Numbered from the stretch's first letter, positions 17,494 through 27,302 are shown. The stretch is 32,000 bases of DNA from Bacillus subtilis subsp. subtilis str. 168 (GCF_000009045.1 NC_000964.3:1890001-1922000); one strand, 5' to 3'. A program made the numbers and translations. Notes: generated by a model not told the origin, from the letters alone.

Positions 17494-19056
17494 ATGATGA
17501 GGTGGCGGAACAATCAGTACAAAACACAGAAGCAGCATAAATCAGATTATTCGACAGCTGAAAAGCAGGATCAGGATGTGTTAACCGGTAACATCGGATA
17601 CGACTTAGAACATGTAAAAAGAAAAATAGGACATAACGGGGACGTTCATTTCCGTGAGCTTGAAATCACTCAATTACATGTGAAAGCGGCATTGATCTTT
17701 GTTGAAGGACTGTCTGATCAGGACTTGATTAATAAAGGACTATCAGTGTTAGTCATGAATCAACCTAATCAGGTAAGCGATGAAATTTCTCAATCCGGCA
17801 AAGGTATTTTAACTTCGAAACAGATAAAAAATCAAATCGTATCAATCGGTGATGTCATAGATTCAGAGAAAATCAGTGATATCGTGTTGAATGTTTTCAT
17901 GGGTTCGACAGCGCTTCTCATCGATGGAATACCGCAGGCCTTTCTTCTGGGAACTGTAAAAAAACAAAATCGAAGTATCGAGGAGCCGCTTTCAGAAGCG
18001 CTTGTCAGAGGGCCGCGCACAGGCTTTACAGAAGAGTTGAGTACGAATACAGCTCTTTTGAGACAGCAAGGAAAAAATGATCAATTAACATTGCAGAGAT
18101 TTGAAGTAGGAACACGATTAAAAAAGGATTTAATTATCGCTTATATGAATGACATTGCAGATCCAAAAGTAGTCGAGGAAGTAAGAAAAAGAGTGAGAGG
18201 GATTGAGATCGATCATTTGCCGGAGTCAGGCTACGTTGAACAGTTAATTGAGGATAATTATTTGAGCCCGTTCCCGCAAGTACAGAGTACAGAACGTCCT
18301 GATCGCGTCATAAGCGGATTAATGGAAGGAAGAGTAGCTATTCTGCTTGACGGCACTCCGTTTGCTTTGATTGTTCCAGTCACTTTCAGCATGATGCTTC
18401 AATCGCCTGAAGATTATTATGAACGGTGGTTCCCGAGCTCGCTCATCAGATTGCTGAGGTTCATCGCAGCAATGATAACGTTATTCGCACCCGCTTTATA
18501 TATATCATTTATTTCTTTTCATCCTGGGTTAATTCCGACCAAGCTGGCGATTTCAATTTCCGGGACGCGCCAAGGTGTTCCGTTCCCATCTCTGATTGAA
18601 GCCTTATTTATGGAAGTCGCGATTGAAATTTTAAGAGAGGCGGGGCTTCGTTTGCCAAAACCAATTGGACCCGCAATAGGCATAGTTGGCGGATTAATCA
18701 TCGGGGAAGCAGCTGTGCAGGCGGGGATTGTCAGTCCAATCATGGTCATTGTTGTTGCGCTCACAGCAATTTCTTCATTTGCCATCCCGCATTATAGCAC
18801 AGGTATAGCACTTCGGATGCTTCGGTTTGGCGCGATGTTTTGTGCGGCGGTGTTTGGATTGTTTGGAGTCATTATGTATTATCTGCTGCTAAGCAGCCAT
18901 GTCGTAAAGCTAAAGAGCTTTGGTGTGCCATACGCAAGTCCGGCAGTGCCCTATCACTTAAAAGATTGGAAAGACTTTGTTATCAGAATGCCTCTTTTAG
19001 TCATGAAGCGCCGGCCTAAAATGATGAATACAGATAATACAAAACGGGTGAAGTGA
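17494..19056 (+). CDS. yndD: germinant receptor A subunit (GerAA family)
   Basis: 520 aa with a soluble N-domain plus C-terminal TM bundle, typical of GerAA. AAGAAGGTG SD. Confidence 0.93.
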
Positions 19057-19085
19057 TGAACTCGACAGGATGGTGATAAAGTCTC

Positions 19086-20177
19086 ATGTTCAGCCCAACC
19101 AGTAAAATCACAACCGCTCAGGCAACGATTATCATCATTAATTATATGCTTGCTGCCGGAGTTCTTACGCTCCCTCGGACAGTAACAGAACAAACACAAT
19201 CTCCTGATGGATGGATTTCAGTTTTATTAGGCGGGGTCCTAGCGGTAATAGCCGGGATGATTATAGCTAAATTAAGCCAGCAGTATCCTAAGGAGACCTT
19301 TTATGAATACTCCCGACATATTGTAGGAAAATGGCTCGGGCATCTGATCAGTATTGTTTTTATTACTTATTTTCTGGCACTCGGTGCATTTGAAGTCAGA
19401 GTCATGTCCGAAATCGTGGATTTTTTTCTCCTCGAAGGGACACCTTCTTGGGCCATCATTATGACAGTTCTTTGGATTGGGCTTTATTCAATTACACAAG
19501 GCCTAGATCCGATTGCACGGCTTTTTGAAATGATTTTTCCGATTACGGTCATCATCTTTTTAACGATAGCCCTCATGAGTTTAGGCATATTTGAGATCAA
19601 CAATTTGCGCCCTGTATTAGGTGATGGAATCATGCCGGTTCTTAGAGGTGTAAAGACAACGAACCTTTCATTTACATGTTCAGAAATTATGTTCATTTTA
19701 GTAGCATTTATGAAAAAGCCGAAAAATGCGGTGAAAGCAGTTGTGATCGGGACAGGCGTTGTGACCAGTTTTTATATGATTACGATGATTATGGTCATCG
19801 GTGCACTATCAGTTGAGGGAGTTGTGACGAGAACATGGCCGGGGCTTGACCTGATGAGAAGTTTTGAAATACCTGGTTTAATATTTGAACGGTTTGAATC
19901 ATTTCTGCTTGTGATTTGGATTATGCAGCTTTTTGCCACGTTTATTATCACTTTTTATGCAGCTTCCCTGGGAGTCTCACAAGTTTTTAAAAAGAAACCC
20001 CTTTCATGTATGTTTGGGCTGCTTCCTGTTATATATATCCTCTCTTGCATGCCGAAAAATGAAAATGACGTCTTTATATTGGGCGATACGGTCAGTCATA
20101 TCGCTTTGTATATATTTGGCGCTTTGCCGATTTTGCTGTTAGTCATTTCGAAATGGAGGAAAAGAGGTGAAAAGTAA
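19086..20177 (+). CDS. yndE: germinant receptor B subunit (GerAB family, APC-type permease)
   Basis: 363 aa with about 10 TM segments. It sits between the A and C subunit genes. Confidence 0.93.
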   Translation: MFSPTSKITTAQATIIIINYMLAAGVLTLPRTVTEQTQSPDGWISVLLGGVLAVIAGMIIAKLSQQYPKETFYEYSRHIVGKWLGHLISIVFITYFLALGAFEVRVMSEIVDFFLLEGTPSWAIIMTVLWIGLYSITQGLDPIARLFEMIFPITVIIFLTIALMSLGIFEINNLRPVLGDGIMPVLRGVKTTNLSFTCSEIMFILVAFMKKPKNAVKAVVIGTGVVTSFYMITMIMVIGALSVEGVVTRTWPGLDLMRSFEIPGLIFERFESFLLVIWIMQLFATFIITFYAASLGVSQVFKKKPLSCMFGLLPVIYILSCMPKNENDVFILGDTVSHIALYIFGALPILLLVISKWRKRGEK

Positions 20178-21381
20178 ACTAAAACGTCAATTGCCTGCTA
20201 TGGTCATAGTATGTCTGCTGATGATTTGCGTAACAGGATGCTGGAGCAGTCGGGAAATAGAAGATCTGGGTCTCACATTCGCTATCGCAATTGATAAAGG
20301 AAAAGAAACGAACACTGAAAAAGAGTTAAAAGAAGAGGGCGGGAGCTATCCGAAAAAAGACAACATTACGCTGACCTATCAATTTGTTAATGAAAAAGCG
20401 GCAGGCGCGGGCACAAGCGGGGGAGGCGGTAGCGGACAAGGAGCGCAAAAAGCGTACATTAATATAAGTGAAACAGGGGATTCATTACAGCAGATCGGAA
20501 GTGAGGTTGCATTAAGACGGGACCGAGAAGTGTTTAGCCCGCATTTAAAAGTTGTTGTCATGAGTGAAGATGTGCTGCACACATTTCCTATCGACGAAAT
20601 GCTGGATCAATTTTTTCGTGATAATGAAATCAGGCTGAGCTGTCTTGTTTTATCTGCTAAAGGGGAAGCAAGAGACGCTCTCCAGCTGAAAGAGAACGGA
20701 GAAATTCCGGCATTTCGGCTGATTGGATTAGGTGAAAATGAACATAAAGTTTCCAGAATTCTTCCCCCTATGACACTCGCGAAACTAATTGGAAAACTGC
20801 ATTCTGGCAGCAGCTTTTTACTGCAAAATGTGGTTGCGGCGAATGGAGCGGTCAAGTATTCCGGAGCAGCTGTAATCAACGGAAAATCGAAAAAAATGAT
20901 AGGCACCTTAAATGAATATGAAACTGAGGGGATTACATGGATTAGAGGAGAAGGGAAAGGCGGAGTTGTCAAAAGTCATGATAAAAAGAGCCAACAGACG
21001 TTAGCGTACGATATCAATAAAATCAAAAGCAGAATTCAGCCAATCGTAAAAGGGAAAGATATTTCATTCCATGTCGATATTGAATCAGAAGGCGATTTGG
21101 TTGAAAACTGGAACACAAAAGAGGCGTTGGACACCCAGTTTATAGATCGTCTCGAAACGACTATTGAAAACGAGGTAAAGAAAATAGTTGGTCAGGTATT
21201 AAAAAAAATTCAGCATGATTATAAAGCAGATGTTGCGGGTTTTGATGAATCTTTTAGACTTACATATCCTCACTTATGGAAAAGGGTGAAAAATAACTGG
21301 GATGACACCTTCAGTAAAGCCGACATCACATACAGTGTGAACGTCACAATTACTCATTTCGGCACGGTTAAAACTCAGTAA
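20167..21381 (+). CDS. yndF: germinant receptor C subunit lipoprotein (GerAC family)
   Basis: 404 aa. GTG start overlaps the yndE end by 11 nt. GGAGGA SD. Lipobox VTGC. Confidence 0.92.
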   Translation: MKSKLKRQLPAMVIVCLLMICVTGCWSSREIEDLGLTFAIAIDKGKETNTEKELKEEGGSYPKKDNITLTYQFVNEKAAGAGTSGGGGSGQGAQKAYINISETGDSLQQIGSEVALRRDREVFSPHLKVVVMSEDVLHTFPIDEMLDQFFRDNEIRLSCLVLSAKGEARDALQLKENGEIPAFRLIGLGENEHKVSRILPPMTLAKLIGKLHSGSSFLLQNVVAANGAVKYSGAAVINGKSKKMIGTLNEYETEGITWIRGEGKGGVVKSHDKKSQQTLAYDINKIKSRIQPIVKGKDISFHVDIESEGDLVENWNTKEALDTQFIDRLETTIENEVKKIVGQVLKKIQHDYKADVAGFDESFRLTYPHLWKRVKNNWDDTFSKADITYSVNVTITHFGTVKTQ

Positions 21382-21393
21382 TGAATCCCAAGG

Positions 21394-21422
21394 AAGAGAA
21401 GGAAACCTCTCTTCTCTTTTTT
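21394..21422 (+). terminator. terminator of yndDEF
   Basis: GAAGAGA (21394-21400) pairs with TCTCTTC (21408-21414), followed by TCTTTTTT. Confidence 0.65.
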
Positions 21423-21527
21423 ATGCATTTATTAGGATAAAGATACTTTTTTTGGAGAGATATACACTTTTCAAATCGACCAATATGCTAATATAGGAAT
21501 TGCTTGAAATAGAAGGGAGAAGGGGCT

Positions 21528-22334
21528 GTGAGGCAGAAACCGATTTATGTAGAAATCGAAATGAAATCTGATCTGGATACACTCTGGGAATATACACAAA
21601 ACCCATCACTGCATAAGGAATGGGATCTCCGGTTTTCAAATATTACGTATTTGAATAGTCAGCCATGCGAAAAACAGAAGTTTCTTTACGAAACAAGGGT
21701 AGGCTTTGGATTAAAGGTGTCAGGTACAGGAGAAACCGTCGGTGTTTTCAACAAATGTTCATCTGAAAGGTCTTCTTCACTGGCTTTTGGCTCTGATCAT
21801 CCATTATCTCTGATTCGGCATGGAAGCGGCTACTGGAAGTATATACAGAGAGAAAATGGGAAAATGACGTTTTTAACACAGTACCAATACAAAACAGCCT
21901 ACGGACTGCTGGGAAGATGGATTGATCGTTTATTATTTCGGCCGCTGCTTGGCTGGGCGACTGCCTGGAGCTTTGATGCATTAAGGCTTTGGGTAGAGCA
22001 AAATAAACATCCGAAGCGCTTCATTCGATCTGCTATCATCTATGTGTTCATGTGTCTGTTTTTCAGCCTGTTTTGGTTCTATCAAGGCTTTGCAGGTGTT
22101 AAGACAAGCATATTGACAGGAACAGCGGAGATAGGCTTAGCTATTTTGTGGCTGCTTCCTTTAAAAAGAAAATGGATCATTCATGGTGTCCAGGCTTGTA
22201 TTTTTGCTGGGTTTGCTTGTCTAGGTTCCGAAATATTCATGTGGGTTCTATTGAGTGTGTTTTCCGCTGCAAGCGGCGCTCTTAGCCTGCAGCTCCCCAG
22301 TGCCAGGCGCACAAAACGAAAGAGAAAGAAGTGA
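21528..22334 (+). CDS. yndG: SRPBCC-like N-domain fused to a C-terminal multi-TM domain, unknown function
   Basis: 268 aa. GTG start with a GGGAGAAGGGG SD. The first ~150 aa are soluble and the last ~110 aa hold 3-4 TM segments. Confidence 0.85.
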   Translation: MRQKPIYVEIEMKSDLDTLWEYTQNPSLHKEWDLRFSNITYLNSQPCEKQKFLYETRVGFGLKVSGTGETVGVFNKCSSERSSSLAFGSDHPLSLIRHGSGYWKYIQRENGKMTFLTQYQYKTAYGLLGRWIDRLLFRPLLGWATAWSFDALRLWVEQNKHPKRFIRSAIIYVFMCLFFSLFWFYQGFAGVKTSILTGTAEIGLAILWLLPLKRKWIIHGVQACIFAGFACLGSEIFMWVLLSVFSAASGALSLQLPSARRTKRKRKK

Positions 22335-22338
22335 CATT

Positions 22339-22956
22339 GTGAGTTCGATTTATGAAAAATCAATTATTAACTATCATTTGCTGCATCCCAAGCTGCAGAA
22401 ACGGTACCAATTAGACGGGTCTCATACATTCAGCGGGACGGGAACGATGTCAGAAATAAGCGGAGGCTCTTTTCTGGTTAGAATGCTGTTAAAGCTGGGT
22501 GTTTTTTTCAGATGCTTCTTTTCAGAAAGAGGCAAAGACATTCCATTTACAATACAAAATAGAACTTGTCTTTTGAAATCGCAACATACAGGAATAGAAT
22601 GGAATCGTACATTTTTCTTTAAAGGCAAAAAACGTTTCTTTGATGCGTTAATGATATATGACGAGAAAGAAAATAGAATACTTGATTTCTTCGGCAAACC
22701 TCATCTGCTGCTGTCTGTTTTGACGTTCGAGGCATCTCTTGACGGCTCTCTTACGATCACATCGGGAAAGCAATGGCTATTGATATGCGGAAAAAGAATC
22801 CCGCTGCCGAAATGGCTGACCGGTACATCCGAAGTTTGCGAAACGTTTGATGAAAAAAAGAATTGTTTCACCATTGAAGTGCATGTGCAAAATACAATTC
22901 TTGGCACTCTTTTCTTTTATAAGGGAACGTTTCAGGAGGAAGAGAGAGAATCATGA
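22339..22956 (+). CDS. yndH: soluble protein of unknown function (I recall it as DUF4166-like)
   Basis: The track ORF (233 aa) overlaps yndG. The GTG at 22339, 4 nt after the yndG stop, gives 205 aa (MSSIYEKSIINYHLLHPKLQKRY...). Confidence 0.8.
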   Translation: MSSIYEKSIINYHLLHPKLQKRYQLDGSHTFSGTGTMSEISGGSFLVRMLLKLGVFFRCFFSERGKDIPFTIQNRTCLLKSQHTGIEWNRTFFFKGKKRFFDALMIYDEKENRILDFFGKPHLLLSVLTFEASLDGSLTITSGKQWLLICGKRIPLPKWLTGTSEVCETFDEKKNCFTIEVHVQNTILGTLFFYKGTFQEEERES

Positions 22957-24593
22957 AACGAAATGGCATAGTCAGTGCGCTTTGTTTTATTGGATTTCTT
23001 GCAGCAGAAGCACCGGATATTTCAGTGGCAGAGGCACTCGTTTTGTTATCCATTCTATTTTTCGTGCCGGGAATTTTTCCTTTTGTTTTTCGTCAATCTC
23101 CGGTTCGTGCTGCTCAGTTTATGGAAAACGGGCTAATCCAGTGCTATCCTGTAGCCGCATTCTTTGCGGTGCTGGCTCTAGTGACGGAGGTTGGGGGTTT
23201 CGCACTTATCTGGTGGATGTACACAGTTTTTAATGCATTGTATGCGATCCTCCGCCTTTGGGAAACAAAGATACATAGAATCGAAGAGACATCAGTTTTG
23301 TTCGGTCTTATTTATTTGGCGGGAGGAGGATTTTGGTTTTTTGCTTATGCTGCCCATTTGCAGATCATGCAATTTGGCCCTCTCATCATTTTGCTGACTG
23401 CTGTCCACTTTCACTATTCTGCTTTTCTGATCCCGATCTTCAACGGTTTACTCGGCAGAACCATTAGAAAACATCGGATGTTGTACAGTTGGATAACATG
23501 GGTGATTTTGCTTTCGCCCCTTCTTATCGCACTGGGCATCACATATTCAAAAACACTTGATGTCATTGCGGTTAGCATTTATATGGCGGCGATTTATCTT
23601 CATGCATTTTTGGTGTTCACGGCAGCTTTTCGCACCAAGACGGGGACATTTCTTATTCGGCTTTCTTCCGCTGTTTTAATGATAACGATTGCTTTCTCGA
23701 TGATTTATTCATTTGGTGTCTTTCGGCAAGAAGTTACATTGACCATCAATCAGATGATTTGGATTCACGGTTTTGTCAACGCGTTTGGTGTTATCTTGCC
23801 CGCTCTCATAGGGTGGAGAATAGAGGATGCGAAACCTTTTGATGCAGACAGTGTAAAGACATTCAGCCGTATCTACGGAAAAAGAAAGATTGGAGAAGAA
23901 TTTTTAGCTAACATTCAAGCTGAAAATAACGCTCGGTACAGCGGACTTGTGGATGATATGGGCAGCCTGCGTTCAAAAGATTTTTCACCAGAAAAACTGG
24001 CGCCGCTCATTCTTTCGTTTTATGAACAAACCATCGAATACAATATTAAAGCAAAAGTAACATGGAGCACGTGGTTTCGGCCGCTTGCAATTATTTACGA
24101 ATGGTTCAGCAGAAGAATCGGCCAAATACATCTTTCGACGAACCCTGACTGGTATAGGATGTACAGCAAGATAAAAGGTGTTCATTCGAAAAAAGACGGA
24201 AGGGAAAGAGTACGTGCCTGGATTAGAACAAATGAAAAAAACGAAACCATTTTTACCGCTCTTTATTCAGTGTATCGTTCAAATGGAGAGGGGTATATGA
24301 ATATTTCTTTACCGCTTCCATTCAGCAGCATGACAGGTATTTTAAAACCATATCATCATCAGGAGAAGCTGGTTTTAACAAGCAGGCGGAGAAAAAGCAG
24401 AGCGGGGGATGAGGGGATTTATCTGCAAACAAGAGCGGGAACTTGTCCGCTTCCTTTATCTGAAACCTTTCTGATAGAAGCTGTACATGACAACAAATTA
24501 ACCGCTGTTCATCATATGTGGCTGTTTGGAATAAAATTTCTAACTGTTCATTACAGCATTACACATATTAACCAGCCTATTGAAAGAACCTAA
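22953..24593 (+). CDS. yndJ: polytopic membrane protein with a ~250-aa soluble C-terminal domain, unknown function
   Basis: 546 aa. ATGA start/stop overlap with yndH (22953-22956). About 8-9 TM segments in the first ~290 aa. Confidence 0.88.
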   Translation: MKRNGIVSALCFIGFLAAEAPDISVAEALVLLSILFFVPGIFPFVFRQSPVRAAQFMENGLIQCYPVAAFFAVLALVTEVGGFALIWWMYTVFNALYAILRLWETKIHRIEETSVLFGLIYLAGGGFWFFAYAAHLQIMQFGPLIILLTAVHFHYSAFLIPIFNGLLGRTIRKHRMLYSWITWVILLSPLLIALGITYSKTLDVIAVSIYMAAIYLHAFLVFTAAFRTKTGTFLIRLSSAVLMITIAFSMIYSFGVFRQEVTLTINQMIWIHGFVNAFGVILPALIGWRIEDAKPFDADSVKTFSRIYGKRKIGEEFLANIQAENNARYSGLVDDMGSLRSKDFSPEKLAPLILSFYEQTIEYNIKAKVTWSTWFRPLAIIYEWFSRRIGQIHLSTNPDWYRMYSKIKGVHSKKDGRERVRAWIRTNEKNETIFTALYSVYRSNGEGYMNISLPLPFSSMTGILKPYHHQEKLVLTSRRRKSRAGDEGIYLQTRAGTCPLPLSETFLIEAVHDNKLTAVHHMWLFGIKFLTVHYSITHINQPIERT

Positions 24594-24680
24594 CACAAAG
24601 AAGAAGCTTCGTCTGCCAGTTGTAATGAGATGAACTGTTTTAAAATTCTGCACCGCATCAAGACAGGAAAGGAAGGGTTT

Positions 24681-24995
24681 ATGGTGTTTTATATCAGTTT
24701 ATTTCTGATTCTTTGGCTGGCTGCTGGGTTTGCAGTGGGAATGAAACAAGTGTATGTCGATCAGCTGTTTGATAAAGCTGTGATCGAAAGACTGGAAAAA
24801 GAAGCGAATGATCATGGACATGCTGACCGGATGATCAAACAGCGCGTCCTTTATATTGCAGCAGTGACAGTAAGCGGGTTTATTTCTGTTTATTATGAAA
24901 TGAAAACAATCCCGCAAAGGCGAAACATAAGAAAAATTGAAAAAAACATCATGAAATTAAATCAAGCAAAAAAACGAAGAATGAAGAGAAAATAA
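24681..24995 (+). CDS. yndK: small two-TM membrane protein with a Lys/Arg-rich tail
   Basis: The track start at 24630 has no SD. The ATG at 24681 follows GGAAAGGAAGGG and gives MVFYISLFLILWLAAGFAVG... (104 aa). The start is uncertain. Confidence 0.75.
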   Translation: MVFYISLFLILWLAAGFAVGMKQVYVDQLFDKAVIERLEKEANDHGHADRMIKQRVLYIAAVTVSGFISVYYEMKTIPQRRNIRKIEKNIMKLNQAKKRRMKRK

Positions 24996-24998
24996 AAA

Positions 24999-25029
24999 GT
25001 GCACAGGCCAAAGGGCAGGTGCATTTTTG
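24999..25029 (+). terminator. terminator after yndK
   Basis: GTGCACAGGCC AAAG GGCAGGTGCA (2x2 internal mismatch), followed by TTTTTG. Confidence 0.6.
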
Positions 25030-25220
25030 TTTTGTATGGAAAATGGGGGAGGTGGTGCCAGCTTACTTTTCATAAATTCAAAAATGAGAAGAACAGCGCC
25101 CGGGCTAATGGTATATAATATTGTGAATTTAACAAAAATTTAACAAGGAGGACGAGAGAATTCGTGCTAAAGCCTCAAAGAGACCTACATTCTGTTGATT
25201 TGGACTTAGAGGCGGAGTAG

Positions 25221-25979
25221 ATGAAACCGGCCAAAGTATCCCTGCTCCGCCGTTTGCTCCATTCCTTGAAGCATGTTGATTGTAACATAGCCAAACGTTT
25301 TCCATCAACTATTAAAATTGTAAAATTATTGATGATTTTTATGGTGTTTACTCCGATTTCTTCAATTTATGCTGAAGATGTATATCAGAATTTTGAGGAA
25401 TTAAAAAACAATGAAGATCCTTCTGATTATGGCGTTGTTACGAAAGAAACCGGAAGCCCTGTTCTTGTTTTAGCTATTCACGGAGGAGGTATTGAAGGCG
25501 GGACAAGTGAAGTAGCGAGAGAGCTCAGCAAAGAGTACTCGATGTATTTATTTGAAGGCTTAAAATCGGCAGGAAACTCAGTCCTGCACATTACGAGCAC
25601 ACACTTTGATGAACCTCGGGCCCTTAAAATGACGGGAAATCATGAATATGTCATTTCATTACACGGGTACGCAGAAGAAGATCAGCAGATCGAAGTCGGC
25701 GGTACAGATCGCGTAAGAGCGGCAGATTTAGTTGAGAAATTGCAGCATGCCGGTTTTCCTGCTGTATTGCTCAATATGGACCATCCGCATGCGGGCGTTA
25801 GTCCGAATAACATTGCAAATAAATCAAAAACAGGTTTAAGTATTCAGATAGAAATGAGCACAGGGTTTCGAAAGTCTTTGTTCGGCATCTTTTCTTTAAA
25901 AAGCAGAGCTGTTACTCAAAATGAGAGGTTTTATGAGTTTACAGAAGTGATGTTCCGTTTTCTCAAAAATAGCTACTGA
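25221..25979 (+). CDS. yndL: phage-type poly-gamma-glutamate hydrolase homologue (PghP-like zinc hydrolase)
   Basis: 252 aa. I recognise it as B. subtilis YndL (PghL). It has an N-terminal signal/anchor, and conserved His residues in LAIHGGGIEGGT and ISLHG fit the PghP fold family. Confidence 0.85.
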   Translation: MKPAKVSLLRRLLHSLKHVDCNIAKRFPSTIKIVKLLMIFMVFTPISSIYAEDVYQNFEELKNNEDPSDYGVVTKETGSPVLVLAIHGGGIEGGTSEVARELSKEYSMYLFEGLKSAGNSVLHITSTHFDEPRALKMTGNHEYVISLHGYAEEDQQIEVGGTDRVRAADLVEKLQHAGFPAVLLNMDHPHAGVSPNNIANKSKTGLSIQIEMSTGFRKSLFGIFSLKSRAVTQNERFYEFTEVMFRFLKNSY

Positions 25980-25981
25980 AA

Positions 25982-26010
25982 AATAGGAGGCGATAAGACA
26001 GCCTCCTATT
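25982..26010. terminator. bidirectional terminator between convergent yndL and yndM
   Basis: AATAGGAGGC (25982-25991) pairs with GCCTCCTATT (26001-26010), a perfect 10-bp stem. Confidence 0.75.
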
Positions 26011-26455
26011 CCTTATGCTTCTCTTTCGTTTCGGGAAACAGCTCGTCCGCGGCTTCCGTTTGATACTGCAACGTGTTATCTCTCGCTGACAGTTCATTTC
26101 GGAAATTTTCATCAAGCACATTTTTCAGTAAATACCGATGAAAAAAGTATTCAAAAACAGTAAGACAGGCAGCGGAAAGGAGAGCCGCTCCAAATGGTGA
26201 GAAATCGTTTCTTGTTTGGGTTAAAACAAATACCCAAAGAATAACGAATGAAAGGCCAAAGTCAGCCAATGAAGCTGTAATATTGTTTGTTCTGGGTAAG
26301 ACGAGCATGTCACCAGAAAGATAGGAAACAAAACCTAAGAAAAGTGCAATAAACATCACACTTAAAAAGGATGCGTGATAGACTCTGTCCAAAATCACAT
26401 ATAAAAGGGCGAGAGTGAAAGCAATCTTTGAAGCAAGCGCAATGATATGTTTCAT
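26006..26455 (-). CDS. yndM: four-TM membrane protein of unknown function
   Basis: The track gives 179 aa from 26545. The internal ATG at 26455 has TTAGGTGGT 5 nt upstream and gives MKHIIALASKIAF... (149 aa). The start is uncertain. Confidence 0.8.
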   Translation of the reverse strand: MKHIIALASKIAFTLALLYVILDRVYHASFLSVMFIALFLGFVSYLSGDMLVLPRTNNITASLADFGLSFVILWVFVLTQTRNDFSPFGAALLSAACLTVFEYFFHRYLLKNVLDENFRNELSARDNTLQYQTEAADELFPETKEKHKE

Positions 26456-26599
26456 TTGACCACCTAAATTGTTATTTTTTGAAGAAAATTCTTGGGCGTA
26501 AACAAATGATAAATAATGCAATTCAAAACCATTCATAATGGTCATGTTACTATTTTAAACAGTCCGTTTTTGTTTACACTGGTATTTTTTTCAGCTGTA

Positions 26600-26628
26600 T
26601 GAAACTTTCTTATGAAAAAAGTCGTATA
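26600..26628 (+). promoter_or_regulatory. sigma-W (ECF) promoter of fosB
   Basis: TGAAAC (26600-26605), 17 nt, CGTATA (26623-26628). This matches the sigma-W consensus TGAAAC-N16/17-CGTA. fosB is a known sigma-W regulon member. Confidence 0.8.
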
Positions 26629-26662
26629 TGTGGATGATCAGCTTTCAAGGGGGGAATGATTT

Positions 26663-27097
26663 GTGGAGATAAAAGGAATCAATCACTTGCTATTTTCAGT
26701 TTCGCATTTGGATACATCGATTGATTTTTATCAAAAAGTGTTTGGTGCAAAGCTTTTGGTAAAGGGAAGAACAACTGCATATTTTGATATGAACGGCATC
26801 TGGCTAGCGCTTAATGAAGAACCAGACATCCCGAGAAATGACATTAAGCTTTCTTATACCCATATTGCTTTTACAATTGAAGATCATGAATTTGAGGAGA
26901 TGTCAGCTAAATTAAAAAGACTTCATGTCAATATTCTGCCTGGCAGAGAACGAGATGAACGCGATCGAAAATCAATTTATTTTACCGACCCTGACGGCCA
27001 CAAATTTGAATTTCATACCGGAACCCTTCAAGACAGGCTTCGATATTACAAACAAGAAAAAACGCATATGCACTTTTATGATGAAACGGCCTTTTGA
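26663..27097 (+). CDS. fosB: metallothiol (bacillithiol) transferase, fosfomycin resistance
   Basis: 144 aa. GTG start with an AAGGGGGGAA SD. VOC/glyoxalase fold, [23 protein letters not shown].... Confidence 0.94.
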   Translation: MEIKGINHLLFSVSHLDTSIDFYQKVFGAKLLVKGRTTAYFDMNGIWLALNEEPDIPRNDIKLSYTHIAFTIEDHEFEEMSAKLKRLHVNILPGRERDERDRKSIYFTDPDGHKFEFHTGTLQDRLRYYKQEKTHMHFYDETAF

Positions 27098-27155
27098 TAG
27101 CACAACCATATTTCATATAAGGTTAAATTTAAAGAAGGGTGTTGGTGGAGACTTT

Positions 27156-27302
27156 ATGTTTGGGGAAGGTTTCTACCCGACTTGTTCAACGATGCCATAT
27201 CTTTTGAACTGCACAAGTGATTGGGTGAAGGTGAAATTGAAATACACATTACATTACATTTTATATGAAGAAAGCGAGCTGTTTTATCAAATGTTGAACT
27301 AA
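27156..27302 (+). CDS. 48-aa hypothetical peptide, below the track cutoff
   Basis: GGTGGAG lies about 6 nt before the ATG. Product: MFGEGFYPTCSTMPYLLNCTSDWVKVKLKYTLHYILYEESELFYQMLN*. Its last codons run into repeat copy B. Confidence 0.35.
   Translation: MFGEGFYPTCSTMPYLLNCTSDWVKVKLKYTLHYILYEESELFYQMLN

Noticed and set aside
22255-22338. N-terminal extensions offered by the ORF track: yndH from 22255, cotC from 15351, tatAC from 15597, lexA from 28265 and yneA from 28397.
   Set aside because: The extensions overlap upstream genes or promoters and lack SDs. Downstream in-frame starts have well-spaced SDs and give the protein lengths I recall for the B. subtilis proteins.
26925-27302. 125-aa plus-strand ORF overlapping the 3' end of fosB out of frame.
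   Set aside because: The upstream two thirds overlap fosB and have no SD. Only the last 48 codons, with their own GGTGGAG SD at 27156, were kept as a low-confidence feature.
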